A stretch of 64,000 bases of DNA from Eledone cirrhosa (lineage: Eukaryota). Of this stretch, positions 50,621 to 64,000 are shown one piece after another. Position 1 is the first letter of the stretch, and the number at the start of each line of letters is the position of its first letter. Under the pieces are notes generated by a model. The model saw only the letters and a list, made by a program, of their open reading frames with translations. It searched no databases and had not been told where the DNA came from. The DNA is taken from NCBI GenBank assembly GCA_964016885.1, contig OZ024743.1, positions 268,088,001 through 268,152,000 of the forward strand. The letters are read 5' to 3'. A program made the translations under genes and the position numbers.

Positions 50621-50931
50621 GTTTCTTTTCAGCTAAAAATTTATCTTGATATTTTTGTCATCGGATTCATTCAATTTCTAAACCTATATGCAAATTTTCA
50701 AGCTTTTGTCATTTAATGAAAATAGAGAACGTGTAAAAAATAAAATACATAAATAGATTTTTTAAAAAAGAAGCAAATATGCAATCAAACAAAAGATAAA
50801 AACAAAGAATAAAAGGTGAATGGAAATAGATTGGTTTTACGAAATATTCAATTAAATAAAATAAATTTCAATAACCCACACCACATCAGAAATTTAATAA
50901 AATAATAACACTAATAATGATGATGATATTG

Positions 50932-50984
<53 letters not shown>

Positions 50985-51052
50985 TTTTTTCTACTTTTGG
51001 CACAAGGCCAGCAATTATACCAGTGCATTACTGGTACTTTATTTTATCTACC
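50985..51052 (-). mobile_element. SINE 3' fragment adjoining the LINE (ATT)n tail
   Basis: ctacttttggcacaaggccagcaatt...ctggtacttttattttatc between (AAT)n runs. Confidence 0.85.
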
Positions 51053-51053
51053 T

Positions 51054-54000
51054 AATAATAATAATAATAATGCTTTCTTTATTAACCACAAGGGTTTACA
51101 CAAAGTAGACATTAAGGACAGTACAGGACAATACAGGACGGTACAAAAGGGCATTTCTGCGTGTAAAAAAAAACAAAAAACAAAGGATGTAATAATAGAA
51201 CAATGAAAAAATTCCCCAATAGGGGGGAGACTTCCGAGGGACATTCGTGGAGAAAGCCCATTAAAAAGCCACAGTGACCCTCACCACCAGGGCAAGTGCC
51301 CTCTCCCAGTTTTCCACCTTTAATTTACAGACACATATTCAGAGTAGGCCCATTCACTCGGGCCATACTTGCCTCACTCACTCATCTTTCAACAAAATGC
51401 TAGGAAGAGAGCACTCCCCTCACTACCCTGACTTTCCTTTTCAAATGAAATTTGAAAAAGTTAATCAGGGCATCACCGAAGAGGTAAGTGCTCGTCTTCA
51501 ACCCTTTCAAACGTGTCCACCATACTATCTCTTTCGCCATGGCCACCAGGCAGATAAAAACTGCCTGCCCTTCCCGGCTAAAGGAAGAGGATTGCCTCAC
51601 GATGGACTCAGCTGATAGCCGGATCCGTCCTACACGCGACAGCAGGTGTTCGACATAAACCCACAAGTCAGCAATGCTCGGTCACTGGACGAGTGCGTGC
51701 AGGACGGTTTCGTCGCCGTGCGCGCATCTCGGACATGCCCTGCTGACGGTACCTCAATGCCTGTAGAGTTTATCCCGAACTTGCAAAGCTCCTCGGTAGC
51801 ACTGCCAGACCAGGGATTTATGGAAGTTGTCCATAGGTCCCGGCCCGAAAGATTTTCCGAAGAGATTGGCTAGTTGAGTTTCGTCGACGCCTAGAGTTTC
51901 CCCAAGTACGTCGTCGCTCTTCCGCTCCACTAATCCTCTATAGAACGCCAAGGTGGAGTTTCCACCGAGCACATTGCCCGATTGGTCGAGGGCTGTGAGC
52001 ACCTGAAGACATTCCAGTCTCCACGCGCTCCCTCTCGGTCTTCGCTTGACCCAGGACTGCAGCTCCGTCAAAGAGACAAGCTGGGGAAAGACGTGTCTAG
52101 GAAACGGTTTTCGTCAAGCGCCTGACGACGCTGTTGGACATCATGGACCTGCCTCTCCAGGTGCCGAGCTGCAGGCCCAATGACTTTACCTGGTTGATCA
52201 TTGCTCCTGTTACCGCTTCGTATTCTCTTAGTGTAGTGGCGATCGCCTCGACGTGTTTGGCGTTCGACACCACCACGGTGACATCGTCAGCAGGCTGACA
52301 TGGATCTTCCGCATCCTAGTTCTCGCGGGACCCCCCCCCCACACACACACCCTCCAACGTCTCCAGTTTGTGCAGTAATGGCTCGAGAGTCAATACGTAC
52401 AAGAGGGACGAGAAGGGACATCCTTGGCGGACCGAGCGCATGATGTTGAACGGTTCCGAAAGGTGACCGTCCACTCTCACCACAGATCAGATGTCCCTGT
52501 GCATGGCAGCGATCCAGCCTCTGAAGACGGGCCGAAAGCCAGCCGCTCTCAGGACTGCCGCTAGGTAACGATGGTCGACCCTATCGAAATATTTCGACTG
52601 ATCTAAATTGATCAAGGTATCACACGTGCCAGGTTCCCTAGCTACGATGTATCGCATGTGGTGGAGGTTGTCGTGGATGGATCTGTCGGGAATGGCGCAT
52701 GTCTGCGCCTCTCCCACCAGACCACCAACGACAAGCGCCAACCTCGGCCAAAATCTTGAACTCTCAGTTTAGCCGTGTTATGGGCCTGAAATTATCTATG
52801 TTAACCCCCTTGTTCGGATCTTTTCTCAGCAGCGCCTCCGCTCCTCGGCTCACAGATCTGGGAATTCCCCCGTTCTGTTGCCAGTTCCAATAGACATCCG
52901 CCAAGAGACCTCCGAACAACTCTGGCATTTGTACGTAAAGTTCATAGGGCAGATCATCCAAACCAGGTGATTTACCCCTTGTGCAGCCAGTCATTGCCTC
53001 CCGAACAGCTGAGCGAAGTGTCGCTGAAAAGCTTCACACTTTTGCGCGGGATCGAGTACCATGCGCCCGTCGTGGTCCACCAAAGACCGGATCGTGGCTT
53101 TGTTGCCACAACGCGTCTCCGCCGCTCGGGCCCATTAAACGGCTTTCGTCCCCTCGTATCTGAGAGCACGCACCCTAGCTCTGACAAAGCAACCTTCGTG
53201 CTTTGCATTGAATAATTGGTCAGGGGCCAATTTCGCTGCAAGTACGTCGGTCACGATGCCTTTGCTAAGCGTCTCGGCTAATTTTCTAACAAGTTCTCCC
53301 TCTACTCTATTTTTCTCTATTACTAAAGCCTTACTAAACCTAATGGACTCTATTCTAATGGACTCTATTCTAATCGCTCTTTTCAGAGCAAACCACCACT
53401 TGTTGTTGACGATGGCCCCCGTCAACGCCCGCTTAACTAGTTCGCTAATCCGGTCTCTGTAGGCCTTGCGCGCTGGTAATGATGCGTTTAATTTCCAGTA
53501 GCCGGGTCCTTGTCTATGAAGCCTATCTAAGAATGTGTGGTCCGTGTAGCTGACTACCTTGAATTGTGGACAGCCTATGCTAGACCCATCTATTTCCCTA
53601 CAAACTACTCTATCTAGATATGATCTGGATGACCCGATACGATTTGTCCAAGTTCACATTGGCACATTCGGGAAATCCAATCGATACATGTCAGACAGTT
53701 CAAAACGCCTGAGCAGGTTGGTGAGGCTCTTGCACCCTCCTCCCCTATCCGCTAATCCCACACAGTCCCAGCGTGCATCTAAGATCCCGATCAGTCGCCC
53801 ACAAACACTAAAGAGCGGGACGTCCCAAGAAAGGTCTCCAGACGCCGGAATATATCAGGCCGCCCTGCTCCTGTCGGGGCATAGACGGCCACTAGCCTGA
53901 AAGCTTGCCCGTCTCCGCTGGTCACGTCCAGCACCACCAACATTCTTTCTGGGTCCAGGAAGATGGCCCGTATGGCGAGATCCAAACCTCTCCGAAAAAG

Positions 54001-55284
54001 CACAGCAACTCCTCATTCCGATCCAGGATGGCTGGGAGATGCGTACACATTGTAGCCGCCGAAGATCGGTGGGACGGCTCGTGCTTCGGAGATTCTGGTC
54101 TCGTTGATGGCCACCACTGGAATTTCCTCAATGCTTTTTTGGTCCGCTTGGATCAGGAGCTACATCCCAGATCCGGACCAGTTCTCCTGCTTTTCTTTTG
54201 TTACCTCAATTATTTTCGTGTTGGCCTCGATGTTGGCGAGGACGGCAGCCATTAACCAGGGAATTTCGATGGCCGGCGGAACGTGGGTCACCCTGATCTT
54301 CGCGAGTCTCTGACCACAATAGCTTGGTATGAGCGTGAACTCGTAACTTCTTAATGGGGCCATGGAGTGCTCTCTGGATTTTTGTGGGGTTCCAAAGAAC
54401 ACGTCCACAGTTCCATATTTCTGCCTACATCTGATGTGGGTTTTTTTCGCCCACACATGCCCCAAAGCCTTTTGTATCTGGGACTTGGATGCCCGTTCTA
54501 CTCGGCGTGATTTTATGTTTATCGTCCGATATGACACGGTGCATAGGCGCCGATGGTCCATTTTATTAGATGATGGGGGGTGGGTGGGGTGCTGACCCAG
54601 TACCCATCTTTTTTTACCATTCTCTTGGCTTCATTTAATTCATCCTGGCTTACCTCGATTGTTTCGCTTATCTTGGCTGCTTTGGCAAACGACACACTTT
54701 GTTTTGGCTGGTGTTGATGTTGTTGTTGTTATTCTCATTGTTGTTGCTGTTGCTGTTGTTATTCTTATTTTTAGTTTCAGTTGCGGTGGTGGTGGTTGTG
54801 TCAGTGGTGTTCGGCGTGGAAGAGTCGATTTGGGTGAATCCATTTCGATGTCACGAGATAATAATTTTTTTTTTTGTTTCTGTTGTTGCTGTGATGGTGG
54901 TGGGGGTGGCGTCTTTAATACATGCAGTTATTGGTAATGGCGGAAAATGAATGTCTGCATGTGACAAATTTAAATTATTGCCACTGCTTATATTTTTAGT
55001 TTTGGCAACAGTAGTAATGTTTACACTGATGGTATTGGTGTGAGGCGTTAGTTTGTGAGGAAGACTCATGTTTTTTTTCAAAGAAAGTTTTTGTTTGATA
55101 ATTATAAAAGTTTAAATTTTGAACTCAAGGCCCCAAATTTGTTAGAGTCCTTTTCAGAAAGCAATATATGTGAACTTATAAACACTTAACAACAAACATT
55201 TTCCATAACTGGCAATTTGAAAAAACTGAAAACAACAAACCTTTGTGGAGATCACGATAATACGATTTCCTACGTAGGTCCCCA
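51054..55284 (-). mobile_element. Second Tx1-clade LINE copy, internally deleted
   Basis: 3' UTR and ORF2 closely match copy 1. Divergent ORF1 remnant at ~54120-55070. (ATT)n flanks. Confidence 0.92.
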
Positions 55285-55297
55285 ATAATAATAATAA

Positions 55298-55483
55298 TAA
55301 TTGTTTCTGCTTATGGCACAAGGCCAGCAATTACCCAGTGCATTACTGGTACTTTATTTTATCGACCACGTAAGGATGAAAGGCAAAGTTAACCTCGGCA
55401 GGATTTGAACTCAGTCCGTAAAGGGACGTAACTGTGCTGCAAAGCATGGCTTCCGACCCTCTACCAATACTGCCAATTCACCA
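55298..55483 (-). mobile_element. SINE whose tail hosts the LINE 5' junction
   Basis: Full SINE reverse complement. Its (ATT)n tail at 55284-55300 abuts LINE copy 2. Confidence 0.9.
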
Positions 55484-55555
55484 ATAATAATAATAAGAAG
55501 AAGGATAATGATATTTAGAAGTAGAACAACATCAAACACCACAAAAGACTAAAGC

Positions 55556-55624
<69 letters not shown>

Positions 55625-55694
55625 ATGTGTGTGTGTGTGTGAGTGTGTGTGTGTGTGTGTGTATAAATGTATATATATGTATATATATATATGT

Positions 55695-55773
<79 letters not shown>

Positions 55774-55799
55774 TATGAATATATATATATATATAGCGG

Positions 55800-56232
55800 C
55801 GATGAATTAGTTTTGCGAGGTTTTTTATATGAAATCGTGTGTCGAAACAAATATTGTTATACTTGGGGACGGTCATATTTGTGTAATATTGCCAGAATTA
55901 ATAACAGAACACACTCACTGTTTGGTTGGTTTTCGCTTCTCGCTTCTGTGTCTTTTATATCGGTAATCTAACTTACTCGGTCCTCAATGTTGCCATTGAC
56001 TGACCGACGGTCAAAAATAATACAGATACAATATAGACACAAACACATATATATAGTTTATCATAAATCTTTCGCTGCACATCTGCAACATCGTCAGCGG
56101 TGCTATCTTTTCCTCCTGTTGTATTGATATAAAAGACACAGAAGCGAGAAGCGAAAACCAACCAAACAGTGAGTATGTTCTGTTATTAATTCTGGCATTA
56201 TTACACAAATATGACCCTCCCCAAGTATAACA
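55800..56232. mobile_element. Second copy of the 21298-21880 fold-back family
   Basis: Same tgaattagttttgcgagg...gtcgaaacaaatattgt start, with an inverted arm at ~56125-56232. Confidence 0.78.
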
Positions 56233-56281
56233 ATATATATATATATATATGTATATATATATGTATATATATATGTATATA

Positions 56282-56397
<116 letters not shown>

Positions 56398-56786
56398 TAG
56401 GATCAATAAAGAAATACATACAAAAATACGTTGTCAAACTTAAAACATTAAAACAACACACACACGCTGAAAAACCCACTTATTAGCAACGCTTTCTGCT
56501 GCTATTTTTTTTTCTGCAGTACTTCTAGATAAAGAGAATACAGAATAACGTAGAATTACTCTACTATAAGACAAAACAAGACAAGATGGGTAGGGTTATG
56601 GTAGTGTGATCCTGAGAAAATGGCGTCATTCAGGACAGTTGCTTTAAGTCTTTTAATTGAATATTTCAATGTCACCATCCAAATCCACCCTGATCAAAAC
56701 ACAATATTGCTCCTTACTAACATCAGCATGCTACGTCATAGTTTCCATCACAATTCTACGTGGTTGTTATATTATTATTATTATTG

Positions 56787-57001
56787 TTGGATTGACAGTA
56801 TCGGTAGAAGTTTGGACGCTATGCTTGAAAAATAGAGTTACGACCCTTTATGATCTGAGTTCAAATCCCGCCGAGGTTAACTTTCCCTTTCATCCTTACG
56901 GGGTCGATAAAATAAAGTACCAATCACAAACTGGGGTCGATTTTAATCGACTTTCCCCTCCCCCACAATCGCTGCCTATAGTAGAAATCATTATTATTAT
57001 T
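56787..57001 (+). mobile_element. SINE, long variant
   Basis: SINE motifs including ctggggtcgattttaatcgactttcccc, in (ATT)n. Confidence 0.85.
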
Positions 57002-57269
57002 GGCGACTAATGTGTGAAGACATACGATTCTGAGCTCCGATAAATCTGTTGAATTAAGTTGTTTAAATGTGTATTTTGTTATAAATGCTGGTTGCAAAGG
57101 GATCATATGAAACACGTCTTTGTCCTGTGAAAATGCAGCCCCATAATATTTGGGCATTGGATCGAAATATTTGCACTTTGATTTATTTTTACAAATATTT
57201 TTATGTTTTAAATATGGACCGAATACCCCTCTCCCCGCTTGTTAAGCCAGTTGTCACATGACAACGGCT

Positions 57270-59421
57270 TCAACGTTCAGTGGAGTGAAACTATATCCAG
57301 GTCCACCATTATGAAAAGTGCTACCGCTTTAGGCGGTATCACCACCAACAACAACAGCTGCACCACACAAAAAAATCGATAACAAACAAACAAGAGAAAC
57401 AACGGCAATAATGACAACACCAACAATAACTGCAACAACAGCAACAAGGACAACAACAACACCAGTAACAAGAACAGTAACAACGACAATAAAAACACTA
57501 ACAATAACGAGGTGACAGGACGAACGACACCACCAGCTCAGCAACAGAAACAACAACACATTCGCAGTCGCAGTTCTTTCAAGTGAATATTTCAGGCAAG
57601 GAATAACGTTTGTCCCAGGTATTTAAACTAATTAAGTGAGAAAGAACCTCGGTCAACCTAAGCTTCTGGCTGAAGTAATGGCAGAAACATAAAGATCGAA
57701 GCTCATTTACACATCCATTTCAATGCAAACACGTGAAGGCTGCGCCTAAATGTATCAGAAATGACGTGGAATACATAGCAATGGCCACAGAGGTAAGGAA
57801 CCACCTCAGTGTTTTTCAAACCATCTCTGTGTTGTTCAAATCCAATCCCAACAGTCGTTGGGACCCTGTAGAACGGCCCAAACAATTAAATTTTTGAAGG
57901 ACCGAAATGATCATGAGCTTAACGATCCAGGCAGATGTGTGAGGCCTTTTGACAGCATTTTGCTCACTTGTTCGCGGGGAACGGGGGTCGGAGACGGTGG
58001 TGGATTTAATTCCACACCTCGATAGCCTGCCGTGTCTCTCGCCAGCCGATAACTTCAGCCGAGATTCAGGATGCCCTAGTCGGCTTTACTTGGATATGCC
58101 AGAATTGTTCTCCGATCTCCTCGCAGTGCTTTCCTGCATTAGACATACATCATAAAGGGACTATTCCCATTTCTATGAACCGAGGATTAGAAACGCTTAA
58201 AAGGGAAAACGAGAACAAGAGGGATACGTTATATAACTTCAGGCACATAACTCTGCAAATCACAGACTTTAAGATTTTGGCCAAGGTGTTAGCGAAAGAT
58301 TGGCGCATGTCGTTCTGTATTTGGTAGGGGAGGAGCAAACCTGCACAATCCTGACCAGGTCCATACACGACAACCTCCACCTCATGTGATACATCATAGA
58401 AAGGGTGGGCTGTAAACCGGGCTTCGGTAAGGCTCTGATCAATTTCGATCAAACGAATGCTTTCGAAAGGGTCGAACATCTATACCTGGAAGCTGACAAT
58501 TGACTTCGGTCACGTCTTTAGAGGCTGGATCGCTGCAATACACAGCGGCATCCGATCGGTGGTCAAAATTAATGGCCCCCTTTCGGAACTGTTTCAGATT
58601 TCACGATTGGCTCGTTAAGGGTACCCTCTCTTCTCCGTTAGGTACGTATTGAATTTCGAGCTTCTAAAAAATCACACCCAGAAATCACTCACTTGGTAGT
58701 TCTACCGGGGAGCACTGCCAGTTCAGCATACACTTCACAGGCACGTAAATGCTGTCAGACGGCGCTGCCCGAGATGCGCGCACAGAGATGCGTCCAGTGT
58801 CCACGCATTTCTGACTTGTGGAGTTATGTCGAACAGCTGCTGCCGCGTGTAGAAAGGATCCGGCTATCGACCGTACCCATATTGAGAATTGACCCGCCAC
58901 TTTCCTTTGGCCAGGAAGGAGAGGCAATTTTCCTCTGTCTGGTGTGGGTAACGAAAGATTGTTTGAGCTGGAACCAGGTTGAAAGGACTCAAGTCAAATA
59001 CTTTTGTCTTCGGCAATCCTTCATCAACTTTTTCAAGTCTCACTTGGAAAGGAAGGGGAGTGTGGAGACAGAACTGCTTCCCCCTAATACATTTGCTAAA
59101 AGGTGCGTGAATGTGGCGTGAGTGGCCCGTTTGAATGGCCCTTCTCTGAGCATGCGCCTGTAGGCTGGCTAACACGAGGAGGAGAGGGGTGCCCTTCCCT
59201 TGTGCCTCGAAGCCTCGGTAGGTGGGGTATCTAAATCGCCCCTGGGTGGTTATCTTCTTCATTGGGGTATTTAAATTGTTGCATTTTTATTTTTATTTTG
59301 TTATTTTTATTTACCTATATTTTTTACACGTTTTATATGTAAAGCGCCACTGTCCCTGTCTATGCTATTGTCCACTATATGTAGGCGCTTGTGGCTAATG
59401 AAGAAACATGATTATTATTAT
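57270..59421 (+). mobile_element. Third, older and heavily deleted Tx1-clade LINE copy
   Basis: DFKILAKVLAK, SIHDNLHL, RGWIAAI and FINFFKSHL fragments. 3' end cttgtggctaatgaagaaacatg(att)n. Confidence 0.8.
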
Positions 59422-59425
59422 TGTT

Positions 59426-59632
59426 TCAGCGTTGGGTTGATAATATGCGTAGGGCCTCTGATGAAATTCTTTGTGGAATTTAGTAACAAGTTTCTACATT
59501 TTGTGTTCAAATTTCACCGAGGACAGCTTTGCGTTTCATCCTTGGAGGTTCGATAAATCAAATTACCAGTAACGCTCTGAGGTTTGATTTAGTCAAGACC
59601 CTGGCTTTGTGCCAAAAGTTAAACAAATTATT
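59426..59632 (+). mobile_element. Old SINE copy directly after the LINE tail
   Basis: gttcaaatttcaccgagg...tttcatcctt...cgataaat...ttgtgccaaaagtt. Confidence 0.7.
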
Positions 59633-59949
59633 ATCACTACCATCCTCATCGTGATCGTAATCAGCATCGTCACCATCATCATCATCCTCAATATTACCAA
59701 AAGCATTTGCATCAATTGGTTTGGTATTAGATGATATTTTCATTGAAGTTATGACAGTTGAGGGTTGTGGGATAGAGGAGTATACAAAATCACGTTGTTG
59801 TTGCTGTTGTCGTTGTTGCTGCTGTTGTATACTGAAACTGCTGCTACCGCTTCTGTTATTGTTTTTGTTGTTGTTCTATATATGTTGTTGTTTTGTCGAT
59901 GCCGTGGCTATAGTATATGATATTGTCTTTGTTATTATTGTTGTAGGTG

Positions 59950-60450
59950 CTGTGTAGGAATACACCTGTTGTCATTGGTATTGCTGCTGTTGTTGTTTTT
60001 GTCGTTATCGTTGTTGCTGCTGTTGTTGTTTTTGTTGTTGTTATAGTTGTTATAGTTGTTATAGTTGTTATAGTAGTTTTTGTTATTGTTGTTGTTGCTG
60101 TTGTTATAGTTGTTGTTGTTGTTGTTGTTGTTGTTGCAGCTGTTGTTATAGTTGTTGTCGTTATCGTTGTTGCTGCTGTTGGTGTTGTTGTTGTTGTTGT
60201 TGTTGTTGTTGTAGTTGTAGTTGTTGTTGTTGTTGTTGTTGTTGTTGTTGCAGCTGTTGTTATAGTTGTTGTCGTTATCGTTGTTGCTGCTGTTGGTGTT
60301 GTTGTTGTTGTTGTGGTTGTTATAGTTGTTGTTGTTGTTGTTGTTGTTGTTGCAACTGTTGTTATAGTTGTTGTCGTTATCGTTGTTGCTGCTGTTGGTG
60401 TTGTTGTTGTTGTTGTAGTTGTTATAGTTGTTGTTGTTGTTGTTGTTCTC
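59950..60450. repeat. (GTT)n array with higher-order ~100-110 bp periodicity
   Basis: ctgttgttatagttgttgtcgttatcgttgttgctgctgttggt recurs three times. Confidence 0.9.
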
Positions 60451-60897
60451 ATTGTAATTCACTTGAAATCTTCTCTAGAATTAATACCAAGCAATTAACA
60501 GATTTTTAATGTGGAGACAAAGAGCCAGAGCAGCTACTTGAATTGAAAAGATGAGCCATAGTACTATTGAAGATGACAATAAGGAATTGGCGGGAAGAGA
60601 AGAATATTATGTTAAGACGTTAAGTGGCTCACTTGCATCTGTGTGTGTAGGCATTCCTGCGCATGCATAAATATATATATATATTTATATATATATTTAT
60701 ATTTATATTTATGTGTTTGAATGTGTGCATTTGTTTTAGAATGCGTGTGTGTGAGTGTGTGTGTGTGTGTGAAAGTATGCATGCCATTGTACGTTTGCCT
60801 GAATGTGTCCGCGCATAGCTATATATATATATATACACGCGCACACATTCATGCAAATGTACAATGGCATGCATACTTACACGCAGACACACGCACA

Positions 60898-60942
<45 letters not shown>

Positions 60943-61344
60943 GTGTGTATGTGCAAATATGCATGCCAGTGTACATTTGCATGAATGTCTACGCCTATAG
61001 CTGTATATATACACACACACATGGAACACACACTTATATATATATATATGTGTGTGCTTGTGCGTTGGTGTGTCTGTCTGCCTGTTTGTTTTTCTGTGAG
61101 TGAGTGTGTATGTGTGTCTCTCTGAGAGTGTGTGTTGCTGTTTGTCCCCCGTCGAGCCAGCGATGAGTGTTCCAGTCGATAAAATGAACAGGGAGCCTAC
61201 TCGTGAAATTGACGTGTACCCTTAGAGTCGATCTCAGGGAGACTCAGCGTGATGATATGTATGTCAAGCTTGGCTATTTAAATTTTCTTTAAAGTGAGGG
61301 GTGTGAAGCGTTTTGAAGTACAGTCTCTGGCTTTATATTATATA

Positions 61345-61742
61345 TATATGTAGAGAGATAGAGAGAACAAGAGGGAAATGGAGAGGGAGAGTTAGATCCA
61401 CAACAAATCATATATATATATGTCTATATATGTAGAAATTCTATATATATTTATTTATATATATATACACGAGAGGGAGAGTTAGATCCACAACAAATCA
61501 TATATATATATATATATGTCTATATATGTAGAAATTCTATATATATTTATTTATATATATATAACGAAGGAGGTGTGGTAAGGAACCAGACGGACCATAA
61601 CCACACCTCCTTCGTTATATATAAATAAATATATAGAGAATTTCTACATATATAGACATATATATATATATGATTTGTTGTGGATCTAACACTCCCTCTC
61701 CATTTCCCTCTTGTTCTTGCTATCTCTGTACATATATATATA
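61345..61742. repeat. Large imperfect palindrome
   Basis: agagggaaatggagagggagagttagatccacaacaaatc...gtagaaattc is mirrored at 61615-61740 around aacgaaggaggtgtggt/accacacctccttcgtt. Confidence 0.85.
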
Positions 61743-62010
61743 TAGGAAAAAGTATGACCCCGACGGCAGAGCTCAAGCCGTTTCGACGGCTATTTCTGGC
61801 ATAAATTCTATAAAATGCACACAATGCAGATCATGAGTACACAAGAGATGTAGCGGGATAGCAGGCAAACTAACAATCCAGAAATATCCGTCGAAACGTC
61901 TTAAGCTCTGCCGTCGGGGTCGTACTTTTTCCTATTTCCCACTCTACTACCTAAGTATTGAGTACTCTGGTGCGTTATGGTCCATCTGGTTCCTTACCAC
62001 AATTCCTTTG

Positions 62011-62043
<33 letters not shown>

Positions 62044-62168
62044 AACATGTTTAACGACGGCAGAGCTCAAGATGTTTCGACATCTATTTCTGGACTACGT
62101 ATTGAGTACTAAGTATTGCGTACTCTGGTGCGTTATGATCCGTCTGGTTCCTTACCACACCTCCTTCG

Positions 62169-62170
<2 letters not shown>
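61743..62170. mobile_element. Two further copies of the 5972-6162 half-hammerhead fold-back family
   Basis: Arms 61743-61799 and 61877-61934, and tattgagtactctggtgcgttatggtcc. Partial copy at 62041-62170. Confidence 0.78.
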
Positions 62171-62229
<59 letters not shown>

Positions 62230-62866
62230 CATATGCGTGTTTGGGTGGGTTTGAGTGTGTCTGTGTTTGTGTATGTGTGTGTCTGTACTCTCATATATTA
62301 GCCAATAGCTTGTAACATTATAAGTTATATGTATTTGCCAAAATTGTCATTTACATGAAACAAAATATGTTGCTAAAAATCATATAAAATGTGTAGCTTT
62401 ATTCAGAAATTATTTAAAAATACGAAAAATATATACAATAAAATGTTTAAACGAAATATGTTTGTCATAAAACTGACCCCTTTAAAACTTAAAAACGAAA
62501 AAAAATTATACATCATTAAAGGTGTATTTTTTGCAAAAAAATCTTTTAAAAGCTATTTTACTTATAAAACACAAATTATTTTAGAAACGTTTATTTTAAA
62601 TAAAAACCTCATAAAAAGACAATTTTTTTTTTATAATTTAGAAACATATCTTTCATAAAGTTACATGTTCAATTCTTTTTTCTTCAGTTCTTTACATCTT
62701 TTACAAATGTAAATTATATATCTGACAAATAATTACACCCTTTTAAAACTAGTAATAAATATATTTTAAATTATATTTCATACTGTATTTTTCCTTTTCC
62801 GAGCGTACGGGATTTTTATATTTCAGTGATATGACACACACGCACACACACACACACACACATATA

Positions 62867-62927
<61 letters not shown>

Positions 62928-63015
62928 ATATAATTATATACATACATACATACATGCATCATGTATATGTATATACATATATATATACAAATTTATATTT
63001 ATATAAATATATATG

Positions 63016-63122
<107 letters not shown>

Positions 63123-63359
63123 CGGTTTTCCGAAGCCAAGGGGAAGAAAGTACAGTTAAATAAGGTACTTAAAGCTACATATTAATGTTTACAAATCTGT
63201 GTGTATGTATGTGTGTGTGTGTGTATACAAAGACAAGATTGTGTAGCAGATTAAGATGAAAGAAATTTCCCGAAGTAACAGATACATAAGAATGAAGATA
63301 AATTGTAAAATATACGCCGTGTTCGTTTCTTTATATTCTCAATACTGCCACGGCCTTCC

Positions 63360-63410
<51 letters not shown>

Positions 63411-63413
<3 letters not shown>

Positions 63414-63590
63414 TGTAATCTGAGTTTTTCGAATATTAATAATAACATTCGATTCGTTTGCAATTATGCAAACAAGCCTCAATTTTATAGCCATGTCAGT
63501 AGAATGAATCCTTCATTCTTGATCTTGTTATTATTGATATTTGAAAAACTCAGATTACATTTATTGTATTCAGCCATGTAGAGCGAACAT
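63411..63590. mobile_element. Copy of the 11718-12342 inverted-repeat family
   Basis: atgtaatctgagtttttcgaatatt...aaactcagattacatttattgtattcagc. Confidence 0.78.
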
Positions 63591-63597
63591 TTATATA

Positions 63598-63687
<90 letters not shown>

Positions 63688-63724
63688 TATATATATATTT
63701 ACCATATATATATGTATATATATA

Positions 63725-63975
63725 TCTAGGAGTGTAACTTGGAGTTACTGTAGGTTCACCCGGGTGAACACTCGATGTTTAGGTACACTTCTGTCTGTGT
63801 CGAGGTGTAGAGCTATACACAGTGTATTATATTAAAAGGTCCGTCGAGCTGTGGATTATAGAGTCGGGTAAGATCGATACCGATCGAACCTTGAGCTGAT
63901 CAGTGGCGAAACGCGCGTCACTTACCAAATAAATGTAATGAAGGAGTAACCAATCGTCCTTGTTATCTTTTTCAA
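63725..63975 (+). mobile_element. TA-flanked insert with PLE-type hammerhead 3' half
   Basis: gcGAAACGCGCGTCActtacc followed by AATAAA. No intact CTGANGA upstream. Confidence 0.5.
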
Positions 63976-64000
63976 TATATATATATATATATATATATAT

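Noticed and set aside
59856-60498. Mucin-like Thr-rich protein
   Set aside because: A (GTT)n higher-order repeat open on both strands, with no signal peptide or exon context.

Overview
This is AT-rich, microsatellite-dense eukaryotic intergenic or intronic DNA. The repeat content suggests a cephalopod (Octopus-like) genome, which is an inference from recalled repeat families. No convincing host protein-coding gene is visible, and nearly all short ORFs in the track are translations of (TA)n, (CA)n, (ATT)n, (GAT)n or (GTT)n. The window is a stack of mobile elements: (i) three L1/Tx1-clade LINE copies, one near full length at 27598-33600 with a zinc-knuckle ORF1 and an APE-RT ORF2; (ii) a head-to-tail chain of three R4/Dong-type RLE LINEs; (iii) RTE-clade fragments; (iv) two Penelope-like elements with GIY-YIG domains, one missed by the ORF track; (v) about 17 copies of a tRNA-derived SINE with (ATT)n tails; (vi) three non-autonomous Helitrons, a TcMar-type MITE and a U6 snRNA 5' fragment. 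The most striking unannotated signal is a set of short, (TA)n-embedded fold-back elements from several families carrying complete, variant or half hammerhead ribozyme motifs. These include a perfect back-to-back hammerhead palindrome and a four-copy family with a fixed U4A core variant. Other notable points are a SINE 3' tail matching the Tx1 LINE 3' end, an apparent ORF1 swap between Tx1 copies, and an ACTAAC-motif-rich PLE 3' UTR. All structures were read by eye and none was computed or tested.
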